Both the position numbers and the translations under genes were made by a program. The notes below the pieces were generated by a model. It did not search any database, was not told the origin of the DNA, and was given only the letters and a program-made list of their open reading frames with translations. Shown piece after piece: positions 39,091-48,546 of a stretch of 64,000 nucleotides of DNA; position 1 is the first letter of the stretch, and each line of letters opens with the position of its first letter. The stretch comes from Anaeromyxobacteraceae bacterium (GTDB taxonomy: Bacteria > Myxococcota > Myxococcia > Myxococcales > Anaeromyxobacteraceae), in contig JAULAX010000017.1 of the NCBI GenBank assembly GCA_032654565.1, forward strand, positions 64,001 to 128,000. The letters are read 5' to 3'.

Positions 39091-40227
39091 TCAGGCCGGG
39101 AGGCGCAGCGTGAAGCGGGCGCCGCCGCCGGGGCGGTCGGCGTAGCTGACCTCGCCGCCGTGCCGCTCGGCGATCCGCTTGCAGAGGGCCAGCCCCAGGC
39201 CGATGCCGTGGTCCTTGGTGGTGATGAGCGGCTCGAAGAGGCGACGCCGGGTGGCGGCGTCGACCCCCGGCCCGGTGTCCTCCACCTCCAGCGCCACCGC
39301 CCCGGGCTCGCGTCGCCCCCGCACCGTCACCGCGCCGGCCGGCGAGGCGGCGAAGGCGGCGTTCTCCAGCAGGTTGACCAGCACCTGGCGGAGCTGCCCG
39401 GCGTCCCCCTCCACCTCGGGGAGCTCGCCGAGGCCGAGCAGCTCCACGGCCACCCCGGCCGGCCAGGCCAGAGCGGCGCGCGCCGCCTCCACCACCTCGG
39501 CCAGCCGGACCGGCTCGCGCTGCAGCGGCCGGTTGCGGACCATGTCGAGCAGGTTGGTGATGATGCCGTTGGCGATGGCGACCTGCTCCTTGATCCGGTC
39601 GGCGTGCTTCCAGGCCCGCTCGTCGTCGGCGAGGCGGCCGCGGAGGATGAAGAGCGAGGTCTCGATGACGCCGAGCGGGTTTCGCAGGTCGTGGCCGATG
39701 GAGGCCACCAGCTGGCCGAAGGTGCTGAGCCGCTCCACCCGGGCCTGCTGGGCCAGCAGGTCGTCGCGGTAGGTGTGGAGCATGACGGCCAGCTCGAGGT
39801 CGAGGATCTTGGCCAGCGCGGTCCGGGTCCCCTCCCGCTCGGCGCCGGCCGGGAGGCGGGCCACCGCCAGGGCGTCGAGCTCGGCACGCACCACGTTCAT
39901 GGCGCCGAACATGAGGTGCTGGGGCATGCCGATGCGGACGTGGACCTGGCCGATCCGCTTGCGGTGCTCCCAGTAGGCGTCGTCCCAGGGGCCGCGCAGC
40001 AGGGTGTCGAGCCAGGCCACCAGGGTGGTCTTGAGCCGGCCCACCTGGCTCTCGCCCCCCTGGAGGACGCGGGTGGCCTCCTCGTGGAGGAGGATGCGGG
40101 CGTAGAAGGCCTCGGCGACGGCCGGGAAGGACGGGCGGGCCAGCGGGTGGAGGGCGCGGAGGCGGCGCTGGTCGTCCTCGTCGAAGCGGACGTAGCCCTG
40201 CAGCTCGTGGAAGACGGTCGCCGGCAT
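39091..40227 (-). CDS. Globin-coupled (protoglobin) sensor histidine kinase
   Basis: [22 protein letters not shown] globin motifs; GHDLRNP, GIGLGL. Confidence 0.9.
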   Translation of the reverse strand: MPATVFHELQGYVRFDEDDQRRLRALHPLARPSFPAVAEAFYARILLHEEATRVLQGGESQVGRLKTTLVAWLDTLLRGPWDDAYWEHRKRIGQVHVRIGMPQHLMFGAMNVVRAELDALAVARLPAGAEREGTRTALAKILDLELAVMLHTYRDDLLAQQARVERLSTFGQLVASIGHDLRNPLGVIETSLFILRGRLADDERAWKHADRIKEQVAIANGIITNLLDMVRNRPLQREPVRLAEVVEAARAALAWPAGVAVELLGLGELPEVEGDAGQLRQVLVNLLENAAFAASPAGAVTVRGRREPGAVALEVEDTGPGVDAATRRRLFEPLITTKDHGIGLGLALCKRIAERHGGEVSYADRPGGGARFTLRLPA

Positions 40228-40266
40228 GGGTCGCCGCTCCGGGGGCGCCTCGACGGACCGGGAGCG

Positions 40267-40458
40267 CTAGGCCTTGGGCTGCGGGTCGGCGGGGGGCGGG
40301 TCCTTCTTGTCCTTCTCGTCGTCGCCGCCGAAGGCCTTCTTGAAGCTGCGGATTCCCTGGCCCAGCCCGGCGCCGAGCGCCGGCAGCTTGCTGGCGCCGA
40401 ACAGCAGCACCAGGATGAACCCGATGATCAGCAGCTCCGGCATTCTCAGACCGAACAT
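40267..40458 (-). CDS. tatA: Twin-arginine translocase TatA/E subunit
   Basis: [24 protein letters not shown]. Confidence 0.93.
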   Translation of the reverse strand: MFGLRMPELLIIGFILVLLFGASKLPALGAGLGQGIRSFKKAFGGDDEKDKKDPPPADPQPKA

Positions 40459-40536
40459 GATCGGACTCCCGTGGACCGCGAAGGCGGCCGGTGTACACCA
40501 GAACCGCCGAGGCTGTCTCTAACCGAAGTCGGGAGC

Positions 40537-41244
40537 CTACGCCGCCAGCTCCTCGGCCGCCACCGCGGCCAGCCGGGCGGCGTCGAGCACCTTGACGCCG
40601 CGCGAGGCGTCGATCAGGCCGTCCGCCTCGAGGCGGGTCAGGCAGCGCGAGAGGGTCTCCGGGCGCATCCCCAGCAGCCGCGCCACCACCTGCTTGCGCA
40701 CGGCGTTGGGCCGGTCGGCCAGGAAGCGGGCGTGGGCCAGCGCGAACCGCGCCACCCGGGCCAGGCAGTCGCCCTGCCGCCAGTTGACCTCGTCGCGCTG
40801 CTGGTGCGACTCGGTGAGGAGCAGGTCGAGCACCACCCGCGAGGCCCCCTTCTCCGGGCCGATCCACTGGGAGAGCGCCTCGCCGCTGATCCCGCAGACC
40901 CGCACCCGGGAGAGGGCGCGCACCTCGTAGGGGGAGGCGGCGCCCTGGAGCGCCTCGGTGCAGAGCAGCGAGGTGGGGCCGCGCAGCGTCAGGGCCAGCT
41001 CGGCGCCGCGCGGGCTGACGCTGGAGAGGGCGACGAACCCCTCCTTGATGAAGTAGACGGTCCGGGGGCGCTCCCCCTGGGCGCAGATGGTCGAGCCCGG
41101 TTCGCGGGTGCTCGGGGTCAGGCGGCACTTGCCCTGGGAGGCGATGCCGAAGCCACAGCAGTTGCAGTCATTGACAGGCTGCTTGGAAAGCACGGCGACC
41201 TCCGAACGGGTGAGCTTCTTGACTTGATCGAAGTCTACCTGCAT
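40537..41244 (-). CDS. Crp/Fnr-family regulator with N-terminal Cys cluster
   Basis: CNCC..C N-terminus; QGE..VYFIKEG; HTH LLGMRPETLSR. Confidence 0.88.
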   Translation of the reverse strand: MQVDFDQVKKLTRSEVAVLSKQPVNDCNCCGFGIASQGKCRLTPSTREPGSTICAQGERPRTVYFIKEGFVALSSVSPRGAELALTLRGPTSLLCTEALQGAASPYEVRALSRVRVCGISGEALSQWIGPEKGASRVVLDLLLTESHQQRDEVNWRQGDCLARVARFALAHARFLADRPNAVRKQVVARLLGMRPETLSRCLTRLEADGLIDASRGVKVLDAARLAAVAAEELAA

Positions 41245-41301
41245 GAGGTAGGCCCGTGAAATACTGAAGGAATGCAATGAACCCGGTGCACGGGTTGCGT
41301 C

Positions 41302-41315
41302 TTGCCCCGGATCAA
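41302..41315. promoter_or_regulatory. Fnr-box-like site
   Basis: TTGCC-N4-ATCAA vs consensus TTGAT-N4-ATCAA, between the divergent fnr-like gene and mobB. Confidence 0.4.
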
Positions 41316-41369
41316 ACCTGATCCAGCGCAAGGCTTGCGGGGGAGGTGGGACGGGGACCGCATGGCATG

Positions 41370-42038
41370 ATGCGCACCGTGAAGAAGGCCCTCTCCGACC
41401 GCCGCCCGCCTGCCGGGCCCCGCGCTCCGGCCACGCTGGAGGGCGCCCGGAACGGCGCGACTCTCGCACCGCCCTCGTCGCAGCGTGCCCGGTCCGTCGG
41501 CGCCGGGCGACGGCGCCGGGAGACGCCGGTGGTGGCGGTCTCGGGTCCCAGCGGCACCGGCAAGACCCGGCTGCTGGCGCGCCTCATCCCCTTGCTGCGC
41601 CGCCGCGGCGTGGTGGTGGCGGTCCTCAAGCACACCGGCCACCGCCACCCGTTCGACGTGCCGGGCAAGGACACCGACCTGCTCCGCCGCGCCGGCGCGG
41701 TGGCCGCCGCCATCCAGGGGCCGGCGGGGCTGGCCTACTTCGGGCCGCCGGTGGACGGGGTCCGCGCCCTGGCCCGCCTGCTCCCACCCTGCGACCTGAT
41801 CCTCGCCGAGGGGTGGCGCCAGGAGCCGCTGCCGCGGATCGAGGTCCACCGCCGGGCGATCTCGCCGGCCTTCCTCTGCGCCACCGATCGGCAGGTCTTC
41901 GCCGTGGTGAGCGACCAGCCGCCGCCTCGCCCGCTCCCCTGCTTCGACGCCGATCGGCTCGGGCCGCTCGCCGACCTGCTGGTGGCCCGCTTCGTGGGTG
42001 CGCCGGGGACCCGGCGACGGCGCAGCGCCGGTTCTTGA
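41370..42038 (+). CDS. mobB: Molybdopterin-guanine dinucleotide biosynthesis protein B (start uncertain)
   Basis: GPSGTGKT, VLKHTGH, DVPGKDT, DLILAEG. Confidence 0.85.
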   Translation: MRTVKKALSDRRPPAGPRAPATLEGARNGATLAPPSSQRARSVGAGRRRRETPVVAVSGPSGTGKTRLLARLIPLLRRRGVVVAVLKHTGHRHPFDVPGKDTDLLRRAGAVAAAIQGPAGLAYFGPPVDGVRALARLLPPCDLILAEGWRQEPLPRIEVHRRAISPAFLCATDRQVFAVVSDQPPPRPLPCFDADRLGPLADLLVARFVGAPGTRRRRSAGS

Positions 42039-42064
42039 CACCCGCCGGGAGGCGCCGTTATCTT
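42035..42064 (+). promoter_or_regulatory. Sigma70-type promoter for the metX fusion
   Basis: TTGACA-N18-TATCTT, 15 nt before ATG 42080. Confidence 0.55.
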
Positions 42065-42079
42065 CGCCGTCCCTCCACT

Positions 42080-44299
42080 ATGACGGAAACGCCCTCCACC
42101 GCCGCACGGCCGGCCCCCGGCGCCGGGCGCACCGGCTTCGCCGCCCCCGAGACCCGGCTCCTCGACCTCCCCGGGGCGCTGGCGCTGGAGCTGGGCGGCA
42201 CGCTCCCCGGCGTGCGGGTGGCCTACCGGACCTGGGGCACGCTCGACGCCGACGGCGCCAACGCCGTGATCATCTGCCACGCCCTGACCGGCTCGGCCGA
42301 CGCCGACCGCTGGTGGACCCGCATGTTCGGGCCGGGGCGGGCGCTCGACCCGGCGCGCGACTTCGTCATCTGCTCCAACATCCTCGGCAGCTGCTACGGC
42401 ACCACCGGCCCGGCCGACCTCGACCCGGCCACCGGCCGCCCCTGGCACGGCGCCTTCCCGGCCATCACCGTGCGCGACATGGTGGAGGTCCAGCGCCAGC
42501 TGGCGGTGGCGCTCGGGGTGAAGCGGATCAAGCTGGTGATCGGCGGCTCGCTGGGGGGGATGCAGGTGCTGGAGTGGGGGCTGATGTTCCCCGAGCTGGT
42601 GGAGGCCCAGGTCTTCATCGCCTCCACGGCGCGCCACTCGGCCTGGGCCATCGGGCTGGGGGAGGCGCAGCGGCAGGCCATCTTCGCCGACCCGCGCTGG
42701 CGCGGCGGCGACTACGACGAGGCCGATCCGCCCACCGCCGGCCTGGCCGCGGCCCGCATGATGGCCATGCTCTCCTACCGGAGCTTCCCATCCTACGAGG
42801 AGCGCTTCGGTCGGCGGGTGCAGTCGGCCGACCAGTTCGCCATCGAGAGCTACCTGCACCACCAGGGGCGGGCCCTGGTCGATCGCTTCGATCCGGCCAG
42901 CTACGTGACGCTGACCCGCGCCATGGACACCCACGACGTCGGCCGCGGGCGCGGCGACTTCGACGAGGTGCTGCGCGGGGTGCGGCCGCGCACCCTGGTG
43001 GTGGCCATCGACTCCGACATCCTCTACTGGCCCGCCGAGCAGCGCGAGGTGGCCCGGCTGGTGCCGGGGGCGCGGCTGGCGGTGATGGACTCGGTGCACG
43101 GCCACGACGCCTTCCTCATCGACGTCGACCGGCTCTCCGACCTGGTGGCCGAGTTCCGCGGCCGCACCGCCCAGGCGGCCGGCGGCGACGCCGTGGAGCG
43201 GGCCTACGCCGGCACCGGCCTGTCGCTGCTGGTGCTCGGCAAGGGCAAGGTGGGGAGCGCGCTGCTCGACCAGCTGGCCGCGCAGCGGAGCGCGCTGGAG
43301 GCCGACCACGACCTGGTGCTGCGGCTGGCCGGCGTCGCCGACACCCGGACCACGCTCTTCGACGAGGCCGGGGTCGACCTGTCGGCGTGGCGGGAGCGGC
43401 TGGCGGCCACCCCGGACGCCGGGCCCTTCGACGCCGCCCGGGCCCCGGCGCTGCTCGACCGGCTGGCGCGGCTGCCCCACCCGGTGCTGGTGGACCTCAC
43501 CGCCGCCGCCGGCATGGAGGAGATCTACCAGCAGGCCTTCCGGCGCGGCATCGACGTCATCGGGGCCAACAAGCTGCCGCTGGCCGCCGCCGGAAAGGTG
43601 GCGCGCGAGCTGCGCGAGCTCCGCCGGCAGCACCACCGGACCTTCGCGCACGACTCCGCGGTGGGGGCCAGCCTCCCGGTGCTCGACACCCTGCGCAAGC
43701 TGGTGCAGGCGGGCGACAGGATCGTGCGCATCGAGGGGATGCTCTCCGGCACCCTCGGCTACCTCGCCAGCGAGGTGCAGAAGGGGGTGGCGCTCTCCAT
43801 GGCGCTGCGCTGGGCGGTCGGGCTCGGTCACACCGAGGCCGACGCCCGCGACGACCTCTCCGGCCTCGACTCGGCGCGCAAGGCGCTCATCCTGGCCCGC
43901 GAGGCCGGGCTGGACGCCGAGCTCTCCGACGTGGTGGTGGTGCCGTTCCTGCCGCCGGCGCTGCTGGAGCCGGTGGAGCTGATCGCCTCCCTGCGCCGCC
44001 ACGACGCGGTGATGGCCGCCGAGGTGGAGCGGCTGCGCGTGGACGGGAAGGTGCTGCGCTACCTCGTCAGCATCGAGCCGGCGCCGGGCGGCCGGGCCTC
44101 GATCCGGGTCGGTCCGGCGGCGGTCGACGCCCATCACCCGGCGGCGCGGCTGGTCGGCGTCGAGGCCTTCGTGGCCTTCACCACGGCGCGCCACGCCGAT
44201 CGCCCGCTGCTGGTGCAGGGGACGGGGGTGGGCGGGGCGCTCACCGCCGGCGGCGTGCTGGCCGAGCTGATCCGGCTGCGAGGCCAGGGCGAAGGCTGA
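42080..44299 (+). CDS. metX: Homoserine O-acyltransferase (MetX) fused to homoserine dehydrogenase
   Basis: ICHALTG, GGSLGG, HGHDAFL; then GKGKVG, ANK, SGTLGY, RDDLSGLDSARK. Confidence 0.88.
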   Translation: MTETPSTAARPAPGAGRTGFAAPETRLLDLPGALALELGGTLPGVRVAYRTWGTLDADGANAVIICHALTGSADADRWWTRMFGPGRALDPARDFVICSNILGSCYGTTGPADLDPATGRPWHGAFPAITVRDMVEVQRQLAVALGVKRIKLVIGGSLGGMQVLEWGLMFPELVEAQVFIASTARHSAWAIGLGEAQRQAIFADPRWRGGDYDEADPPTAGLAAARMMAMLSYRSFPSYEERFGRRVQSADQFAIESYLHHQGRALVDRFDPASYVTLTRAMDTHDVGRGRGDFDEVLRGVRPRTLVVAIDSDILYWPAEQREVARLVPGARLAVMDSVHGHDAFLIDVDRLSDLVAEFRGRTAQAAGGDAVERAYAGTGLSLLVLGKGKVGSALLDQLAAQRSALEADHDLVLRLAGVADTRTTLFDEAGVDLSAWRERLAATPDAGPFDAARAPALLDRLARLPHPVLVDLTAAAGMEEIYQQAFRRGIDVIGANKLPLAAAGKVARELRELRRQHHRTFAHDSAVGASLPVLDTLRKLVQAGDRIVRIEGMLSGTLGYLASEVQKGVALSMALRWAVGLGHTEADARDDLSGLDSARKALILAREAGLDAELSDVVVVPFLPPALLEPVELIASLRRHDAVMAAEVERLRVDGKVLRYLVSIEPAPGGRASIRVGPAAVDAHHPAARLVGVEAFVAFTTARHADRPLLVQGTGVGGALTAGGVLAELIRLRGQGEG

Positions 44300-44300
44300 G

Positions 44301-44460
44301 AGGCTGTGAAGAAGTCCCCTCCCGTCGCCAGATCGGCCGATCCGCAGCGCATCGCGGCGTTGCGCCTCCCTCAGATACAGCTGAGGTATCTTCGGTCGGC
44401 GCGTCTGGCGCTGCGTGCGTCTCGACCGCCCGGCTCGGTCCGGGAATTTCCTCACAGGCT
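44301..44460. mobile_element. 160-bp MITE/REPIN-like palindromic element
   Basis: TIRs AGGCTGTGAAGAAGTCCC / GGGAATTTCCTCACAGGCT; flanking CTGAG direct repeats; central hairpin AGATAC..GTATCT. Confidence 0.7.
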
Positions 44461-44658
44461 CTGAGCGTGCCCGGCCGGGAGGTGACGGGCCAGTGGGTGC
44501 GCTGCTCCAGGGACCAGGGGCGGAGCCCACGGGTGGCGGGTTCCCGGGCCAGGTGAGGGTCTCCTCATCCCCCCCCGCGTGGCGCGCCGTGGCCGGTGTG
44601 GCACCCCGGAGAGGTCCATCACCTTGCCCCGCGCCCCGTCTCGCCATAAACCCCTCTG

Positions 44659-45636
44659 ATGACCGAGCCCGCCAAGGGGACCAGGCCGGGCCGCAACGAT
44701 CTCTGCTGGTGCGGCAACGGACAGAAGTACAAGAAGTGCCACCTGGCCTCGGATGAGGCCGGCCGCACCGTGCCGGTGGCGCGCCCGCGGCGCCCGGCGC
44801 TGGTGGCGGGGCGGGTCACCCCGGCCCGCGCCGTCCCCGCCGGCATCCCCCGCCCCGACTACGCCCTGACCGGCCGGCCCAAGGGGCAGGGGCGCGACGT
44901 CAAGTCGGCCGACGAGCTGGCCCGGCTGCGGCGGGCCTGCCAGGCGGCGGCCCGGGTGCTGCGCCTCGGCGGCGAGGCGGTGCGGGTGGGCGTCACCACC
45001 GACGCCCTCGACGCCCTCTGCCACGACGAGATGATCCGGCTGGGCGGGTACCCCTCGCCGCTCAACTACCGCGGCTTCCCCAAGTCGATCTGCACCTCGC
45101 CCAACGAGGTGATCTGCCACGGCATCCCCGACAGCCGGCCGCTGGCCGACGGCGACATCGTCAACCTCGACATCACCATCTGGCTCGACGGCATGCACGG
45201 CGACTGCTCCGCCACCTTCCTGGTCGGCGAGGTGGACGAGGCGGGGAAGCGGCTGGTGCGGGTGGCGCGCGAGTGCCTGGCGCGCGGCATCTCAGCGGTG
45301 AAGCCGGGGCGGGCCATCTCCGAGATCGGCCGGGCCATCGAGCCGCACGCCGCCGCCTCCGGGTTCGGCGTGGTCCGCTCCTACTGCGGCCACGGCATCG
45401 GCGAGACCTTCCACACCTCGCTCCAGGTCCCGCACCACCTCGACCCGCGCGCCAACCAGGTGATGGTGCCGGGCATGACCTTCACCATCGAGCCGATGAT
45501 CACCGAGGGGCACTGGGACGACGCCCTCTGGGACGACGGCTGGACGGCGGTCACCGCCGACGGGCTGCGCTCGGCCCAGTTCGAGCACACCCTGGTGGTC
45601 ACCGCCGACGGCGCCGAGATCCTCACCACCGAGTAG
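44659..45636 (+). CDS. map: Type I methionine aminopeptidase with N-terminal SEC-C motif
   Basis: GRNDLCWCGNGQKYKKCH; SICTSPNEVICHGIP, GHGIG, FTIEPMI, SAQFEHT. Confidence 0.93.
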   Translation: MTEPAKGTRPGRNDLCWCGNGQKYKKCHLASDEAGRTVPVARPRRPALVAGRVTPARAVPAGIPRPDYALTGRPKGQGRDVKSADELARLRRACQAAARVLRLGGEAVRVGVTTDALDALCHDEMIRLGGYPSPLNYRGFPKSICTSPNEVICHGIPDSRPLADGDIVNLDITIWLDGMHGDCSATFLVGEVDEAGKRLVRVARECLARGISAVKPGRAISEIGRAIEPHAAASGFGVVRSYCGHGIGETFHTSLQVPHHLDPRANQVMVPGMTFTIEPMITEGHWDDALWDDGWTAVTADGLRSAQFEHTLVVTADGAEILTTE

Positions 45637-45651
45637 CCGGAGAGACCCGCC

Positions 45652-48294
45652 ATGCCCCCGACCTCCGACGCCGCCTTCCGGCTCCCGCTCGACGTCCGCC
45701 CGCTCCGCTACCAGGCCCTGCTCTCGGTCGACGTCGAGGGGCGCCGCTTCCACGGCGAGCTGACCCTCTCGCTCCGGCTGGGGAGGGCCGTGGACGAGCT
45801 GGTGCTCCACGCCGTCGGGCTCGAGGTGACGCGCGCCGAGGCCAGGGCCGGGGACGTCGGCGCAGGCGCAGGCGCTGGCGCTGGCGCGGCTGCAGGCGGC
45901 GGGTCCGGCGGGTCCGGCAGTGCTCCCGGGAGCAGCGAGACCGTGCAGCGGGCCACCGTGACCGTGGTGGCGGCGAGCGAGACGGTGCGGCTCGGCTTCG
46001 CCAGGGCGCTGCCGGCTGGAGAGGTGACGGTGCGGCTGGCCTGGACCGGCCGCTTCTGCGACGGGCTGCGCGGCCTCTACCTGGCCGGGCCGGGGCTGGC
46101 GGCGACCCAGTTCGAGGCGGCCGACGCCCGGCGGGTCTTCCCCTGCCTCGACGAGCCGGGCTTCAAGGCCCCGTGGCGGCTCACCGTGGAGGCGCCGGCC
46201 GGCGCCGTGGTGCTGGGCAACGGCGCGGTCGAGGCGGTGGAGCCGGTGGGCGATCGGGTCCGTCACCGCTTCGCCGAGACCCCGCCGCTCCCCACCTACC
46301 TGGTCGCGCTGGTGGTCGGGCCGCTGGCCTCGGGGCCGGCCGAGGTGGTGCGCGGGGTGACCTCGCGGACCTGGGCCAGCCCGGAGAAGGCGGCGCTGCT
46401 CGGCTTCGGCCAGGAGGCGGCGCGGGCGGCGCTGCCGCGGCTGGAGGACTACTTCGGCCTGCCCTACGCCTTCGGCAAGCTCGACCAGGTCGGCCTGCCG
46501 GAGTTCGAGGCCGGGGCCATGGAGAACGCCGGCCTGATCACCTACCGCGAGGTGGCGCTGCTGCTCGACCCGGCCACCGCCTCGCTGGCGCAGCGCAAGC
46601 GGGTGGCCGAGGTGGTGACGCACGAGCTGGCCCACCAGTGGTTCGGCAACCTGGTGACCATGACCTGGTGGGACGACCTCTGGCTCAACGAGGCCTTCGC
46701 CACCTGGATCGCCTACCTGGTGGTGGATGACTGGAGGCCGGAGTGGCGGGTCTGGCTGGAGTTCGACCACGGCAAGGCGTCGGCGCTGGGGCTCGACGCG
46801 CTCCGCTCGACCCACCCGGTCCACGCCCCGGTGCGGACCGTGGCGGAGGCCACCGAGGCCTTCGACCTCATCACCTACGAGAAGGGCGGGGCGGTCCTGC
46901 GGATGCTGGAGGGCTACCTGGGGCGCGACGTCTTCCGCGACGGCATCCGGCGCTACATGCGCCGGCACGCCCGGGGCAACGCCGTGGCCGCGGATCTCTG
47001 GCGTGCCCTCGGCGAGGCCTCGGGCCAGCCGGTGATGGAGCTGGCCGAGGCCTGGATCGACGCGCCGGGCTTCCCGCTGGTGACGGTGACGGCCGACGGC
47101 GCCACGCTGCGGCTCTCCCAGCGCCGCTTCTTCTCCCGGCCCGGCGACGCCGAGCCGGCGGCGCGCTGGCCGGTGCCCATGGTGCTGCGCTACGCGGTGG
47201 CCGGGGTGGAGCACCAGCGGCGGCTGGTGCTGCGCGAGCCGGCCGAGGCGGTGACGCTGGAGGGAGCGCCGGACTGGGTGGTGGCCAACGCCGGCGGGAC
47301 CGGTTTCTACCGGGTGGCGCTCGACGCGCCGCTGCGGGGACGGCTGGCGGCTTGCCTCGCGGCGCTGGCGCCGGTGGAGCGGGTCGGGCTGCTGGCCGAC
47401 GAGTGGGCGCTGGTGCGGAGCGGAGAGCGGTCGATCGAGGCCTGGCTGGCGCTGGCGCTGGCCTTCGAGGGGGAGACCGACCACGCCGTGCTCGACGAGC
47501 TGGTGCTGCGCCTCTCGACCATCGACCACCGCCTGGTGTCGGCCGACGACCGGCCGCGCTTCGCGGCGCTGGTGCGGGAGCGGTACGGCGCCGCCTGGCG
47601 CGCTTCAGGGTGGGAGCCGGCGGCCGGGGAGGGTGACGTGGACCGGCTGCGGCGGGCGGCGCTGCTGCGGGCGGTGGGGGTGCTGGGGCGGGAGCCGGCG
47701 ACCATCGCCGAGGCGGCGGCTCGCCTGACCCGGTTCGCCGGCGGCGACGCCGGGGCGCTGGACGCCAACCTGGTCGACGCCGCGGTGACCCTGGCGGCGC
47801 GGGGCGGCGACGCCAACCGCTGGGCGCAGTTCAAGGGGCGCTTCGAGCAGGAGGTGGAGCCGGCCTGGCGGCGGCGCTGGCTGCTGGGGCTGGCGGCCTT
47901 CGAGGAGCGCGAGCTGGTGGAGCGGTCGATGGGGCTGCTCTTCGGCGAGGGGGTGCCGCTGCAGGACTGGGCCTCGTTCGCGGCGGCGCTGCTCACCAAC
48001 CCGGTGGCGCGCGGGCCGGTGTGGGAGCGGCTGCGGGCCGAGTGGCCGGCGGTGACGGCGCGGCTGGCCAACGCGCCGATGCTCTGGCGGAGGGTGGTGG
48101 AGGCGGTGGGGCTCCTGACCACCCGGGAGGAGCTGGGGGAGGCGCAGGCCTTCTTCGCGGCGAATCCCGTGGAGCCGGTCAAGGCGGCGGTGGCGCAGAC
48201 CCTGGAGCGGCTGGCCGAGGAGGTCGAGCTGGCGGATCGAGCGCGGCCAGTGCTCGCCAATCTGCTGGACCCGTCCGAGAGTAAGGGCCCCTAG
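45652..48294 (+). CDS. M1 family aminopeptidase with ERAP1-like C-terminal domain
   Basis: TQFE, GAMEN, HELAHQW..WLNEAFA, YEKG. Confidence 0.95.
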   Translation: MPPTSDAAFRLPLDVRPLRYQALLSVDVEGRRFHGELTLSLRLGRAVDELVLHAVGLEVTRAEARAGDVGAGAGAGAGAAAGGGSGGSGSAPGSSETVQRATVTVVAASETVRLGFARALPAGEVTVRLAWTGRFCDGLRGLYLAGPGLAATQFEAADARRVFPCLDEPGFKAPWRLTVEAPAGAVVLGNGAVEAVEPVGDRVRHRFAETPPLPTYLVALVVGPLASGPAEVVRGVTSRTWASPEKAALLGFGQEAARAALPRLEDYFGLPYAFGKLDQVGLPEFEAGAMENAGLITYREVALLLDPATASLAQRKRVAEVVTHELAHQWFGNLVTMTWWDDLWLNEAFATWIAYLVVDDWRPEWRVWLEFDHGKASALGLDALRSTHPVHAPVRTVAEATEAFDLITYEKGGAVLRMLEGYLGRDVFRDGIRRYMRRHARGNAVAADLWRALGEASGQPVMELAEAWIDAPGFPLVTVTADGATLRLSQRRFFSRPGDAEPAARWPVPMVLRYAVAGVEHQRRLVLREPAEAVTLEGAPDWVVANAGGTGFYRVALDAPLRGRLAACLAALAPVERVGLLADEWALVRSGERSIEAWLALALAFEGETDHAVLDELVLRLSTIDHRLVSADDRPRFAALVRERYGAAWRASGWEPAAGEGDVDRLRRAALLRAVGVLGREPATIAEAAARLTRFAGGDAGALDANLVDAAVTLAARGGDANRWAQFKGRFEQEVEPAWRRRWLLGLAAFEERELVERSMGLLFGEGVPLQDWASFAAALLTNPVARGPVWERLRAEWPAVTARLANAPMLWRRVVEAVGLLTTREELGEAQAFFAANPVEPVKAAVAQTLERLAEEVELADRARPVLANLLDPSESKGP

Positions 48295-48312
48295 AGAGTA
48301 AGGGCCCCTAGA
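48277..48312. repeat. 17-bp tandem duplication
   Basis: GAGAGTAAGGGCCCCTA x2 (+GA), spanning the aminopeptidase stop codon. Confidence 0.9.
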
Positions 48313-48546
48313 CAAATGCGATTGGGCCTCCAAGGAGATCTGGACAGCGGTCGCAGGGGGGGGGCGCTCTCCCATATCGGGACGTCCGGCACCTCTTGGG
48401 CCCGGACTCGCCGTCTGAAGGCTCGAATTCATCCTGGTTCGGAGGGAATGACCCGAGCGCGGAGTAGGCCCCAGCCTCTCCCGGCGGATCCAAGAGCGCC
48501 CCGGGTCCGTCGATGGAAGTCGCGAGGCGCTGCCCCTTGCCCGGGA

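Noticed and set aside
42038..42080. SAM riboswitch upstream of metX
   Set aside because: Only ~40 nt of intergenic sequence, occupied by a sigma70-like promoter
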